Assembly: GCA_030615605.1 (NCBI GenBank) | Contig: JAUWYY010000005.1 | Span: 43,682-107,681, forward strand | DNA length: 64,000 nucleotides | Reading direction: 5' to 3' | From: a bacterium | GTDB taxonomy: Bacteria > Armatimonadota > Zipacnadia > Zipacnadales > Zipacnadaceae | Shown: positions 19,228 to 29,399 of the stretch, piece by piece | Layout: each line of letters opens with the position of its first letter | Position numbering within the stretch: position 1 is the first letter of the stretch | Translations under genes and position numbers: made by a program | Notes under the pieces: generated by a model | The model's database searches: none | Told to the model about the DNA's origin: nothing | What the model saw: the letters and a program-made list of their open reading frames with translations, nothing else

Positions 19228-22200
19228 ATGAGAAGACCCCTCCCGCACCGAAATGATAGCTACTTGTTAATCCTTGTCTTAGCAACTGCTTGCTTCCTTA
19301 TCCCCACAGCCCTCGCCGACGCCGCCACATACTACGTCGCCACTGATGGTGACAATCTCAATCCGGGCACCATTGAGCTGCCTTGGGCTGATCTTTACAA
19401 GCCGAGGGAGGTTGTGGGACCGGGTGATACCATCTTCTTGCGCGGTGGTACTTATAGCCCCGAGCTGGACAGAGCGTGGAGCTTTCACCACGTCTCCGGT
19501 ACTGCAGCACTCCCCATAACGCTGCGCAACTACCCGGGCGAGCATGTGGTTTTTGACAACAAAGTGGGCGAGGACTACATGACCCGCACTATACTGGAGA
19601 CTCGTAGCCACTACGTTGTTCAAGGCTTTGAGTTCGTGCACAATGACGTGTACGGGATAGCCGCAGCCGACGCCCAAAACGTTGTGATCCGCAACTGTGT
19701 CTTTCATGATGGAAACCCGGCCATAGCGGGCGACTTCATAAAGTTCCAGAGGTCCCACAATATGCTTGTTGAACACTGTGAGTTCTATGGAGTATGTGCA
19801 GGCAATGCCTTGGACACGACTCATTCTCAGGTTGAGTTTAGATACAACTATATCCATGACTGGGTACCCGTCATTAGCGGACAAGCCACGACTATCTACA
19901 ACAAGGGCGAATCCTATGACAGCAAGTTCCACCACAACGTCTGGAAGAATTGCCCGGCACCAGGTACTAGTGGCTGGGCGAATTATTCAGGCTATACAGT
20001 TGTATTGGGGGAATCGGTCGGTGCAGGGAACCCAGACACCTATGACTGTAATCGACCTGAGTTCTACAACAATATCATCTATGGGAGTGACTGGTGGGCA
20101 GTTTGCATGTGGGATTGTGTCGATGCTAAGATTTACAATAATACGTTTGTCGTTGAGGATACACAGTCAAGCTGGACTCGAGGGGTTATACTGGTAAGGA
20201 GCAATTCCCACAACACAACTATCAAGAACAACATCATGATCAGCAGGCGGCCAGGCTGGGCTGTCTTTATCTGCATGGCCAACGACACCAGTGACCAGGG
20301 CTTTGTGTCTGACAATAATCTGTTTTATGCTACAGCAGGCACTCCGTGTTTCGCCTGGAAGCCGCTCATAGCCAAGTATCCGCATCAGGACCCACTGCCC
20401 ATCACTCTTGAGGAGTGGCAAGCGATCAGTGGGCAGGATGAACACAGTACAGTGGCCGACCCCCTGTTTCTGAGTCTCCCCGGCAACGACTTCCACTTGA
20501 CTCAGGACTCGCCCGCCATTGACGCTGGCGTATACGAGCTTGGTGTGCCATCAGATGATTTTGACGGTAATCCTAGGCCTTACGGCGACGCCATAGACAT
20601 TGGGGCTTATGAGTATACGGGTGCGGGTGGTGGCAATGAGGCGCCGGTATTGGCCTGGGCCGGGGAAAGTGGCTATGAATCAGATGGGCTGGACCCGGAG
20701 ACCGGCACTGCGGCCACCGACTTCACCTGGAAGATTGAATATTCGGATCCTGACGACGATGCGCCATATGGTGTCTATCTGCACGTACTTGAGGACGGCA
20801 CAGAACTGGGCGATAGCCCACACGACATGACGGCTGAAGAGAGCGGTGATTGGTCGGCTGGAGTGGTCTTTGCAAAGGCGCTGACGCTGCCCAAGGGCAA
20901 CGACTATACCTACTACTTCTCCGCCGCTGATGAGCACGGTGCCCAGACGTCTTATCCTGCAACACCGCTGGCCGGGCCCCAGGTCAATAACTCGCCTCCC
21001 AGTACGCCGACTGTTACCATATCGCCGGAATCTCCCACTGATCAGGATGAGCTGCAGGCGACCGCAGAAGGCAGCATTGACATTGACGAGGGCGACGAGA
21101 TTTCCTATCAGTATCAGTGGTATTGTGATGACGTGCTCCAAGAGGACTTGACCGAAGCCACTGTCCTCGCCACCCGTACCTCCGTTGGCGAGGCGTGGGG
21201 CTGCGAAGTTGTCGCTACAGACGGGCAGGATGATAGTGAGGCCGGGAGCGCGGAGGTAACAGTTACTACTGCGTACTCCATCTCTGGCACAATGCTGGGC
21301 ACTGACGGCAATCCTGTTGCTGATGTCAATGTGACAGCCGGGGGCGATTCGGCGACCACTGCTGCAGATGGTACCTATACGATACAGGGCCTCCCGGCTG
21401 GCACTTATACAGTCACCCCAAGCCTGGCCGAGTATGGCTTTGATCCAGGCAGCCAGGAGGTCACCGTAAACGAGACTCAGGGCGATGCCAGCGCAGTCGA
21501 CTTCACCGCTAGCCAGGAGATCTACTCGATCTCGGGTATTGTGACCAGCGGAGGGAGTGGCCTGCAAGGAGTGCAAGTAGCCGCTAATGGGCATTCGACC
21601 GCTACCGCTGCGGATGGAAGGTACACTATACAGGGCCTGATCGCTGGCACCTATACGGTGACACCAGCACTGGCTGGATACGGATTTGCCCCCGAGAGTG
21701 CCGAGATAAGCGTGGGGTCAGGTGAGGGCAGTGCCACGGGAGTTGACTTCGTCGGAGGCAGCATATTCACACTGACAGTTCCCGCTGGCCTGTCCCTGAT
21801 TGGAGTGCCGTGCACCCCGCTGGGTGATAGCAGCCCAGGCTCTCTGTTCGGTGATGCTCCGGTGGTCGTGCGGTGGGATCCGATCGCACTGCAGTATGTG
21901 GCCTCCGACCCGGGTGCTGGTCCTACCACCGAGGAGTTTCTTGCAGTAGCACCCAGCAAGGGCTATTTCGTGTACATGAGCGAGGCACAAGAACTGCGCA
22001 TCGCCGGAGAGCCGGCGGGCACTGCGACCCCCTTCGCAGGCGTGGCACTATCGCCAGGTTGGAATATGGTGGCCAATCCATTTAATGAGGAACTACCGTT
22101 TGCCAATTTCCTCACTCACACTACGAACATCCGGCCCTACGGTTTCGCCTACGATTGGGAAGCCAATTCCTACCGCGTAGTGATTGCGGAGGCAGGAATA

Positions 22201-23049
22201 AGCGGGGTGGGGACCTCGCTCTTGCCCGGGGAGGGCATCTGGGTGTGCGCCGTGGAAAGCGGGACCTTGATCGTTGAGCCACCCATGGGCACCTCAGCAC
22301 AAGCTGCCCAGCAGCAGGAAGAGCCACAGCATGACGGTTGGACGATTCCGATAGTGGCACGGGCCGCTGGCTGCGCTGACTTGTCATCTCTGGCTGGCGT
22401 TACCGGGACCGAAGTGAGCTGGCAAGTATACAATCCTCCTTCGGTGCCGGATAGCGTGGATGTCTATTTCGTGAGTACTGGCGATCGCCGGTTGGCGCAC
22501 GATCTCAGGCCGGGCATCAGCGGCAGCTTTAGCTGGGACTTCGTGGTATCTACTGATATTCGTGATGCTGAGGTTGCTGTGTCACTGCCTGATTTGAGCC
22601 GGGTTCCGGCTGATCTGTCGCTCATACTCGAGGATAGAGACGTCTCACGGGCGATGTACGCCCGCACGATGACCAGTTACATGTTTCGGAGCAACAACGA
22701 TGGTCCCACCGAGCGACATTTCCGGCTCAGCGTTGCTCCTCCCAACGACCGGGGCTTGGTGATCTCTACGGCCTCGGCCCACGCAGCAGGTAGCGTAGTG
22801 AGATTGGCCTATTCAGTCAGCAGGCCCTGCAGCGTAAGTATAATAGTCCTCAACATAGCAGGGAGGTTGATCGACAGACTCTGCACCGACCGAGTGGTGT
22901 CGGAGGGGACCAACATGCATACTTGGGACCTGCGCAGCCAAGGCGGGAGCCGGGTACCCGGTGGCTTCTACCTGGTATCAATTGAGGCCAAAGCCGAGAA
23001 CGGCCAGCGCGTACGCAGTATCGTTCCCGCTACAGTCATGCTGCGATAG
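19228..23049 (+). CDS. Large secreted multi-domain protein: right-handed beta-helix (pectate-lyase-like) N-terminal region, three CarboxypepD_reg-like repeats, FlgD-Ig/T9SS-type C-terminal domain
   Basis: Signal peptide. DGDNLNPGT...GDTIFLRGGTYS and repeated NN/NC/HD beta-helix turns. Three repeats GTYTIQGLPAGTYTVTPxLAxYGF. C-terminal ~90 aa (VSIIVLNIAGRLIDRL...HTWDLRSQGGSRVPGGFYLVSIEAKAENGQRVRSIVPATVMLR) matches the Por/T9SS CTD / FlgD-Ig pattern. Confidence 0.7.
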   Translation: MRRPLPHRNDSYLLILVLATACFLIPTALADAATYYVATDGDNLNPGTIELPWADLYKPREVVGPGDTIFLRGGTYSPELDRAWSFHHVSGTAALPITLRNYPGEHVVFDNKVGEDYMTRTILETRSHYVVQGFEFVHNDVYGIAAADAQNVVIRNCVFHDGNPAIAGDFIKFQRSHNMLVEHCEFYGVCAGNALDTTHSQVEFRYNYIHDWVPVISGQATTIYNKGESYDSKFHHNVWKNCPAPGTSGWANYSGYTVVLGESVGAGNPDTYDCNRPEFYNNIIYGSDWWAVCMWDCVDAKIYNNTFVVEDTQSSWTRGVILVRSNSHNTTIKNNIMISRRPGWAVFICMANDTSDQGFVSDNNLFYATAGTPCFAWKPLIAKYPHQDPLPITLEEWQAISGQDEHSTVADPLFLSLPGNDFHLTQDSPAIDAGVYELGVPSDDFDGNPRPYGDAIDIGAYEYTGAGGGNEAPVLAWAGESGYESDGLDPETGTAATDFTWKIEYSDPDDDAPYGVYLHVLEDGTELGDSPHDMTAEESGDWSAGVVFAKALTLPKGNDYTYYFSAADEHGAQTSYPATPLAGPQVNNSPPSTPTVTISPESPTDQDELQATAEGSIDIDEGDEISYQYQWYCDDVLQEDLTEATVLATRTSVGEAWGCEVVATDGQDDSEAGSAEVTVTTAYSISGTMLGTDGNPVADVNVTAGGDSATTAADGTYTIQGLPAGTYTVTPSLAEYGFDPGSQEVTVNETQGDASAVDFTASQEIYSISGIVTSGGSGLQGVQVAANGHSTATAADGRYTIQGLIAGTYTVTPALAGYGFAPESAEISVGSGEGSATGVDFVGGSIFTLTVPAGLSLIGVPCTPLGDSSPGSLFGDAPVVVRWDPIALQYVASDPGAGPTTEEFLAVAPSKGYFVYMSEAQELRIAGEPAGTATPFAGVALSPGWNMVANPFNEELPFANFLTHTTNIRPYGFAYDWEANSYRVVIAEAGISGVGTSLLPGEGIWVCAVESGTLIVEPPMGTSAQAAQQQEEPQHDGWTIPIVARAAGCADLSSLAGVTGTEVSWQVYNPPSVPDSVDVYFVSTGDRRLAHDLRPGISGSFSWDFVVSTDIRDAEVAVSLPDLSRVPADLSLILEDRDVSRAMYARTMTSYMFRSNNDGPTERHFRLSVAPPNDRGLVISTASAHAAGSVVRLAYSVSRPCSVSIIVLNIAGRLIDRLCTDRVVSEGTNMHTWDLRSQGGSRVPGGFYLVSIEAKAENGQRVRSIVPATVMLR

Positions 23050-23117
23050 CTGGTGTGGCGGGCGTGCTAGCGCTGTTCGCGGTTTGCAACGTATTGGGGG
23101 TGAAAAGGAGAATACAG

Positions 23118-23531
23118 ATGAAATCTACGACTGATCGAGCTGTGCTTATAATTATGTTAGGAATGGCCTTGGTTGGGTTCGCGGGCTGTGGTGGTGGCGG
23201 CGGTTCACCAGCAGAACCCGGTCAATCCGGCACAGTCACCGGGTTTGTAGTGTCATTGGACACCGACAGTGGTGATGTCGAGGGATTGGCAGGTGCGGAA
23301 GTGAGCATAGCCACTCTGGCAGGCACGTCCGATGCGGAGGGATACTTCTCAGTCACCGGCGTTCCGGCTGGCCAGCAGCAGCTCGTCGCCGTGACGCTGC
23401 CCGAGTTCTTCGTCCTGCTTAGCAGCGAACCGATTTACTGTGATACAGTCTCGGGGCAAACAACGCAACTGCCGGAGCCAATCATGGCAGTTCCCGAAGA
23501 CATGGGCGTCCCTGATCCGCCTTCGCTCTGA
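23118..23531 (+). CDS. Lipoprotein with CarboxypepD_reg-like domain
   Basis: RBS AAAAGGAG. Lipobox LVGFAGC. GTVTGFVVSLDTD...AEVSIATLAGTSDAEGYFSVTGVPAG. The longest ORF starts at 23055. Confidence 0.55.
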   Translation: MKSTTDRAVLIIMLGMALVGFAGCGGGGGSPAEPGQSGTVTGFVVSLDTDSGDVEGLAGAEVSIATLAGTSDAEGYFSVTGVPAGQQQLVAVTLPEFFVLLSSEPIYCDTVSGQTTQLPEPIMAVPEDMGVPDPPSL

Positions 23532-23918
23532 GCACAGTGGGGGCCCCGCCAAGCCTGCACACACTGTGCACGCGGATCTGCGCAACGAACGCGCAGCCCC
23601 GCCGGTGTTGGCTTGTACCTGATGCGGCTTACAGCTCACAGACGAAGGGATCAACCAAGCCACGCCCCAACTGGGTGCAATACCTCGCGGCGACGAGACC
23701 CCCCCGCTGAAGGGCACTGTCTCATAAGCCCGCCCGGATCACCAAGTGATTTGCGCACTCCTTGCACGTTAGCGGCCGACAGTCGCGGTGTTTGCCCATT
23801 TCGGCTGTGTTCTTGTGGCGTCGTTGGATCGCGGTCGCCAGGTCCGCATGACCGTGGGAGGGATTATTGGCTCCCGCGGTCAATGTTCGTGGGAGATAGT
23901 GTTCCCACACCGGACCTG

Positions 23919-24908
23919 ATGACAACTCGAGGTGACCCAATGACGATTGACCCAGTCCTGGTGACCGGCGCTGCTGGCTTCATCGGCTCCCACACAGCGG
24001 AGGCGCTCCTGCGGCGGGGAACTTCGGTGGTAGGGATAGACAACTTCGATCCCTATTACGATGTAGCAATAAAGCGCCGCAATGTCCAGGAGATCGAGAC
24101 CACTGCTGAGCAAGCCGGTACCAGCTTCGCGATGGCCGAGGGTGATATCTGCAATCGTGACTTGATACAGGAGCTCCTGGCTGGGCACGATGTGCAGGCC
24201 ATCATCCACCTCGCTGCTAAGGCGGGAGTGCGCCCGTCACTGGAGGATCCAGTGGGGTACGCACGTACTAATATTGAAGGCACAATCAACCTTCTCGAAG
24301 CTGCCCGCGGCGCGAAGATAGTCCGCTTCATTTTTGGTTCCTCTTCTTCGGTGTATGGTGACGCTGCTCAAGTGCCTTTCTCCGAGGATCAGCCCGTAGC
24401 CATGCCGATTTCCCCATACGGCGCCTCCAAAGTCGCCGGAGAAACCTATTGCTATGCTTACCACAGCTTGTATGAGGTGTCTGTAGTGTGTCTTCGCTTC
24501 TTCACTGTGTATGGTCCTCGCCAACGCCCTGACTTGGCCATAAACAAGTTCGTTCGCTTGCTATCGACAGACGAGGCCATTCCCAAGTATGGCGACGGCA
24601 CCTCTATGCGCGACTACACCTACATCGCAGACATCGTTCGGGGGATTCTGATGGCTCTGGACAGCGATATACAGTGGGACATCATCAACCTGGGCAGCGA
24701 TAATCCGATTATGCTCAACCAACTAATCGCCGCCATAGAAGAGGTCCTGGATAAGCGGGGGACTATTGACCAGCTTCCTCCCCAATCTGGCGATATGCGC
24801 CAGACCCACGCGGACATAAGCAAAGCCGAACAGCTACTTAACTGGCAGCCCCAGATCCCGCTACACGAGGGCCTACGGGAGTTTGTCCAGTGGTGGCAGT
24901 CAACATGA
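23919..24908 (+). CDS. NAD-dependent SDR epimerase, UDP-glucuronate 4-epimerase-like
   Basis: LVTGAAGFIGSH, GIDNFDPYYDVAIKRRN (cf. the DNxNDYYDVxLK motif of UDP-GlcA 4-epimerases), SSSSVYG, YGASK. The longest ORF (from 23613) has an implausible non-homologous N-terminal extension. Confidence 0.75.
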   Translation: MTTRGDPMTIDPVLVTGAAGFIGSHTAEALLRRGTSVVGIDNFDPYYDVAIKRRNVQEIETTAEQAGTSFAMAEGDICNRDLIQELLAGHDVQAIIHLAAKAGVRPSLEDPVGYARTNIEGTINLLEAARGAKIVRFIFGSSSSVYGDAAQVPFSEDQPVAMPISPYGASKVAGETYCYAYHSLYEVSVVCLRFFTVYGPRQRPDLAINKFVRLLSTDEAIPKYGDGTSMRDYTYIADIVRGILMALDSDIQWDIINLGSDNPIMLNQLIAAIEEVLDKRGTIDQLPPQSGDMRQTHADISKAEQLLNWQPQIPLHEGLREFVQWWQST

Positions 24909-25453
24909 CACTCGTAAGCAGCGGCCTGTGGGGGTAAGTCATTACAAATCGGCGAAGATACGTCGCAGCGCCAGGAACGCCTCCAGGAACTCCTGTTTGG
25001 ATTTTGGATACATGACCCGGCGTACATCCTTCCGGCAGTGGAGCAGAACCGAGATTGGCGAATATAGTGCATCTGCTTAGTTGATTGCCCTCGTGGCTGT
25101 GCCACGTGCACACGCGCGGGCGCAGAGAGGCAGGAGGTGCTGGACGTTGGCAAGAAGATTAACTTACATCTAGTGCCCAAAGCAAAGGGCTGATTGAGTT
25201 GCTAATGCTTCGCGGACCAGATTAGGTCGTGGGCTTATATTCCCTTGGTGCATGGGGTGGAGGGTAGGAGGTCACATGACCAGTGTATAAGTGGCATATA
25301 AGCGTTGCCGCAGAGACAGTCAATATGCGATTATTCAGAAATATAGCTGGGCAAAGGTCATATAAGCCCGAGTGGGTACATAACTCAGGAAACAACACTG
25401 GTAAAGCGCGCAACCTGGCGGCTCAAATGCTGCCCACCGTGGCCCGAAGGGAT

Positions 25454-25481
25454 ATAACTCGGCTTATAGATTCACTTTCCG
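25454..25481 (+). repeat. 28-bp motif ATAACTCGGCTTATAGATTCACTTTCCG (copy 1), ~135 nt upstream of integrase
   Basis: Second copy at 36328-36355 differs at one position (T to C). Both precede paralogous integrase genes in the same orientation. Confidence 0.7.
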
Positions 25482-25616
25482 GCATTTTGGGCTATTTCGC
25501 CAGTATTATGGCCTCACTGTGAGGGGACATAATCCAGACTTATAGCCCGGTTAGCTCTTCCTCGCTGCAACCTCGTATCGAGCCAAAACACTAACCGAAA
25601 GGATGTGTGATGGCGC

Positions 25617-26510
25617 ATGCGTATCGAGGAAGCGGCACAGTTGTTCCTGACGTATCTTCAGCACGAACGAGGTTGCAGCGCCGCCACGTCGACAGCCTAC
25701 GGCTCCGACGTGGTGGCGCTGCTTCGGTATCTGGCGGAGGAGGGCATCGAGCCGTGCGTCGAGTGTGTTACGGCGCAGGTGCTACGGCGGTATGTAAGCT
25801 GGCTGTCGATGTTGGGGTACAGCGCGGGGACTATCGCGCGGCGGGTGTACGCGATTTCGTCGCTCTACAAGTATCTGGTCAACTACGGGTACGCGGAAAG
25901 GAACCCTTGCGGCCAGGTGGTGCTGCCGAAGAAGGTGAAGCGGATGCCGGCGGTGCTGACTCTGGAGGAGGCGCGGCGGGTGCTGCGGGCGGCTGATGAC
26001 CACCGGTGTCCGTGGATGGGCTTCCGCAATCGGGCGATGGTGGCCGTGCTTCTGTTCTGCGGTCTGCGTCGGCAGGAGCTGGCCGACCTGAAGCTCTCCG
26101 ATGTGGATGTGCGCTCGCGGTGGTTGAAGGTGCGGCGGGGGAAGGGTGGCAAAGGTCGGTCAATCCCCTTGGCGCCGGAGGTAGCGGAAGCGATCAATGA
26201 CTGGCTGGAGTTCAGGCCGCAGGTAGATCATGAGTACCTGCTGACGGGTCTGGGTGGTAGGCGGTTGGAGAAGAATGGGCTGGTGGGAGTGTTCCGCAGG
26301 GTAGCGAAGCGGGCAGGGGTGTACCGTAAGGGGGTAAGCCTGCACACACTGCGGCATACCTTCGCTTCGCTGCTGCTACAGGAGGGGTGCGATCTGGTGT
26401 CTATACAGGAACTGCTGGGGCACGCCGACCTCTCCACGACGGCGATCTACTTGCACCTGGACGCAGCGCACCTGCAGGGGGCGATGGAACGCCATCCGTT
26501 AAGTGGATAA
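25617..26510 (+). CDS. Tyrosine recombinase / phage-type integrase (XerC/D-like)
   Basis: N-terminal SAM-like core-binding domain. C-terminal HTLRHTFASLLLQEGCDLVSIQELLGHADLSTTAIYLHL (R...HxxR...Y catalytic signature). Confidence 0.9.
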   Translation: MRIEEAAQLFLTYLQHERGCSAATSTAYGSDVVALLRYLAEEGIEPCVECVTAQVLRRYVSWLSMLGYSAGTIARRVYAISSLYKYLVNYGYAERNPCGQVVLPKKVKRMPAVLTLEEARRVLRAADDHRCPWMGFRNRAMVAVLLFCGLRRQELADLKLSDVDVRSRWLKVRRGKGGKGRSIPLAPEVAEAINDWLEFRPQVDHEYLLTGLGGRRLEKNGLVGVFRRVAKRAGVYRKGVSLHTLRHTFASLLLQEGCDLVSIQELLGHADLSTTAIYLHLDAAHLQGAMERHPLSG

Positions 26511-26683
26511 TGGGTCAATGAGAGTAGTGGTGCTGATGGGAATAGGTGAGCTGAAAGAGAAGATGGGCAGAGCCGGTGCGTGGTGTCAATGCGCCTTGGG
26601 CTACGATGCAGGAGACTACCCCATGTGTGAAGCCAATGTAACCGATTATTGTTGCGGTCTGCTGGGCGTATACGATTGCAGTT

Positions 26684-27082
26684 TCAGAGACTCTGGTGCA
26701 GGATATGGGAGAAACGGTCGAACATATGGGGGAGATAGAAAACGAGGAACAGGATAGAAAAAGTTAGGAGCAGCCAGATCATACAACCGCAAATGGATAT
26801 AAGAATGCCCTTTAGCGCCAACCTACTATTTTCGCCGGTACGGTGGGATTTAACACCGGTCCATATCGCAAATGGTGCGACAAGCGGGCAGAGCAGAGAT
26901 ATGAAAGCCAGCACTACGGACCAGATGGCCCAGGTTTCCCGTTGTACAGGTGGAGCAGAGTAGGGAGGCTGGGCGTGGGTGGGTTGCTGTCCAGCAATGA
27001 CAGATGGGCCGTGTGAGATGCCAGGCTCATTGGTAATGTAGACTTCAGCGCCACAGTGCGGACAATTGTGTGACTCGACCAT
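26684..27082 (-). CDS. Small membrane protein with N-terminal zinc-ribbon (CPHCG) and DUF4190-like TM region
   Basis: CPHCGAEV zinc-ribbon start. Pro/Gln-rich linker. Two TM helices. Confidence 0.45.
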   Translation of the reverse strand: MVESHNCPHCGAEVYITNEPGISHGPSVIAGQQPTHAQPPYSAPPVQRETWAIWSVVLAFISLLCPLVAPFAIWTGVKSHRTGENSRLALKGILISICGCMIWLLLTFSILFLVFYLPHMFDRFSHILHQSL

Positions 27083-27286
27083 GAACCTTCACCATTCGAT
27101 CAACAGAGATAGGTATTGTGCATGTTAACAGCTACGTCCTGGTTACTTCTCTTAAGTATAGCCATTTGGCTATGCGCGTGAAACACGGGCAGCGGAAATG
27201 ATTGATGCAGGGCAAGAATATCAGATGATAAATGCAGTAGCAAAAGACACGAGGAATCTCAGTCCGCGGTTCCTTCCAGATGGGTT

Positions 27287-28219
27287 CTAGGTTGTGGCGG
27301 CAGGTGGGCGCAAGCAAAAGTCAACCGCGACTGCGGCTCGTTGTATCTCATCGAGATCATAGTTGAGGTACAGGATGGTGGTTTGCAGCTGCTCGTGACC
27401 GAGAAGTATTTGGACCTGGCGGATGTTGAGGCCGCTCTCCAGCCAGCGTTTGGCGGCGAAGCGGCGCAGGCTGTGGAGGGTATAGTGAGAATCGGTGAGG
27501 CAGGCGGCTTCTGTCCAGTGTCGGAACCAGCGGTTAAGTGTGCTGAGACACAATGATCCTCCCTGGCGGCCTCGAAACAGTGGGCCGGTGTGGGGGAAGT
27601 GTTGCTCGGCATGGAGAGCGTAGATGGCCGGGAGAAGGTCGTCGAAGATCAGTACCTCGCGTTGCTTGTCACCCTTGCCATGGATACGCAGGCGGCGGTT
27701 GGGAAGATCTGCGTCATTCCAGGTGAGGCCAAGAAGCTCAGCGCGGCGCAGGCCGCTAGTGGCAAGGGTGAGCAGAACAGCTCGTTCGGTGAGGTTGCGC
27801 GTCGCGTCAAGCATGGTCTGGACCTCCTGGGGGGACGGGCAGGTAGCGATGCGGCGGCGCTTCTTGGGGCGGTGTACGAGGTCAATGGGATTGCTGGAGG
27901 CATGGCCGAAGCGAATGGCCCACTTGAAGAGACCTGATAGTGAGTTGAGGGCGCGGCGCACCGTGGCGTCGGAGAGATGGTGCACGGTGGCGATCCAGTT
28001 CTCGACCGTCGGGGTGTCGATGGTGGCGAGTGGACGCTGGGGGTCGCTGTCGAGAAAGCGGGCGAAGCGCGCGAGGTCCAGACGATAGGCCGCGATGGTG
28101 CGGGGTGAGCGCCGCGCGACCTTCTGCAGGTAGTCAAGATACAGGCTGATCGCCTCAGTCATCCTCACGGTGATCACCTCGCTCGTGGGCTTGGGCAGGC
28201 CAAGTCCCAAGAGTATCAC
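27287..28219 (-). CDS. Tyrosine recombinase / integrase
   Basis: HSLRRFAAKRWLESGLNIRQVQILLGHEQLQTTILYLNY catalytic C-terminus. Last gene of a three-gene minus-strand operon. Confidence 0.9.
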   Translation of the reverse strand: MILLGLGLPKPTSEVITVRMTEAISLYLDYLQKVARRSPRTIAAYRLDLARFARFLDSDPQRPLATIDTPTVENWIATVHHLSDATVRRALNSLSGLFKWAIRFGHASSNPIDLVHRPKKRRRIATCPSPQEVQTMLDATRNLTERAVLLTLATSGLRRAELLGLTWNDADLPNRRLRIHGKGDKQREVLIFDDLLPAIYALHAEQHFPHTGPLFRGRQGGSLCLSTLNRWFRHWTEAACLTDSHYTLHSLRRFAAKRWLESGLNIRQVQILLGHEQLQTTILYLNYDLDEIQRAAVAVDFCLRPPAATT

Positions 28220-29300
28220 CGGGACTTGGGTACAGTTTTGAGTGGTTTTGTTGTGATTGGGTTTCGTTGTGCTTAGCGATTAGGTCGACAACGGATTCGG
28301 CTCTCTTGTGTGGAATGAGTCTCCCTGGGGGTGTGAAACGCGGGTCGGGAGGCCAGGCTATTTCGAGCGGAGGGAGGTCTTCTATGTCGGCGAGGGCGCG
28401 GGCGAGGCCTGCCTGGGCGGCTTCGCGGAAGTAGCGGTTGACGGTATGACGTGAGAGATCAGCCTCGTGAGCGATGGTCTGTTTGTCGCGTTCCTGGTTG
28501 GCGCACAGGGCACCATAGATTTTCATGACTTTGGCGGGTTTGTAGTAGAGGCCGAGTTGCCGGAGGGAGCTATCCCTGGTGGCAAAGCGGCAATTGAAGA
28601 TGCCAAGGTGTTGCATGTCACGGCGTAGGATGTCGAGCACTGGCTCGCGAGCAAGATCGCCTAGTCTGACGGGTTTTGGAGCGCGAAGAGCTGCGGCTGT
28701 GGTGTCGGTTTTGTTGTAGTTACTCTCGTGGCGGAGGGTTCCAGGAGGGGGAGAGACTTCGCGAGGGAGGCGGTGGTGTTTGGCCTCCTGGAACTTGTCG
28801 TAATACTTGGTCTTGGAGGAGACGGAGCGGTATTCGACGCCAGTACCCATGAATGGTACGGTCTGGCGGCGGGGGTATTCGAGTGTGTTGAGGGCGCGCA
28901 GGTAGTGGGGAAGTGCGTCGCCCACGAAGTAATTGTAGCAAGCGTCGATGCGCATGAGCTGTCCGTCCGCGGCAGTGGGGATGTATGGGAGGGCCGGGCA
29001 GTCGTGGAAGAGGGCGTCGAGCGCGGCAATGGCCGTGGGGATGTCAGGTATCATCGGCCAGTTGTATCCGTAGAGAACTCTGGGCAAGGACAGCTCAATC
29101 CAGAAAAGCGGGTTGCCTTGCCAATCTATGGGGCGGTAGGTGGCTTTGAGGGGGATGCGGTATATTTTGTCTGGATTGTAGACGAAGAAGCTCTCGATGT
29201 CGCCGGATGCGAGGTAGGTAGTGCCCTTCTGTTCCCATCCAGCACGGAAGTGGTCGTCAGTGGGCTGCACGTCGAACTTGAGTCGGACTGAGTCTATCAT
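28155..29300 (-). CDS. Hypothetical protein (element-associated; possible replication-initiation-like function, unverified)
   Basis: 381-aa ORF with coding-like composition. Its 3' end overlaps the integrase start by 65 nt. No motif I can assign with confidence. Confidence 0.5.
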   Translation of the reverse strand: MIDSVRLKFDVQPTDDHFRAGWEQKGTTYLASGDIESFFVYNPDKIYRIPLKATYRPIDWQGNPLFWIELSLPRVLYGYNWPMIPDIPTAIAALDALFHDCPALPYIPTAADGQLMRIDACYNYFVGDALPHYLRALNTLEYPRRQTVPFMGTGVEYRSVSSKTKYYDKFQEAKHHRLPREVSPPPGTLRHESNYNKTDTTAAALRAPKPVRLGDLAREPVLDILRRDMQHLGIFNCRFATRDSSLRQLGLYYKPAKVMKIYGALCANQERDKQTIAHEADLSRHTVNRYFREAAQAGLARALADIEDLPPLEIAWPPDPRFTPPGRLIPHKRAESVVDLIAKHNETQSQQNHSKLYPSPGDTLGTWPAQAHERGDHREDD

Positions 29301-29399
29301 CTTCTTCTCCTTGTTATGGGGCGGAGCACAGGGTGCTCTTTGGTGTTGCGGTTGAGCATATCAGGAGAAGAAGTGAGCGGGGTGTAACTTAAGGAGCGG

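Noticed and set aside
23613-23918. 102-codon N-terminal extension of the UDP-GlcA 4-epimerase ORF
   Set aside because: The extension (MYLMRLTAHRRRDQPSH...) has no homology or Rossmann structure. The conserved fold begins at MTTRG/MTIDPVLVTGAAGFIGS, so 23919 is used as the start.
25607-26437. Several 60-130-aa ORFs in alternative frames across the 25617 integrase gene
   Set aside because: Gly/Ala/Arg-rich shadows of a high-GC gene. The integrase frame has full-length family motifs.
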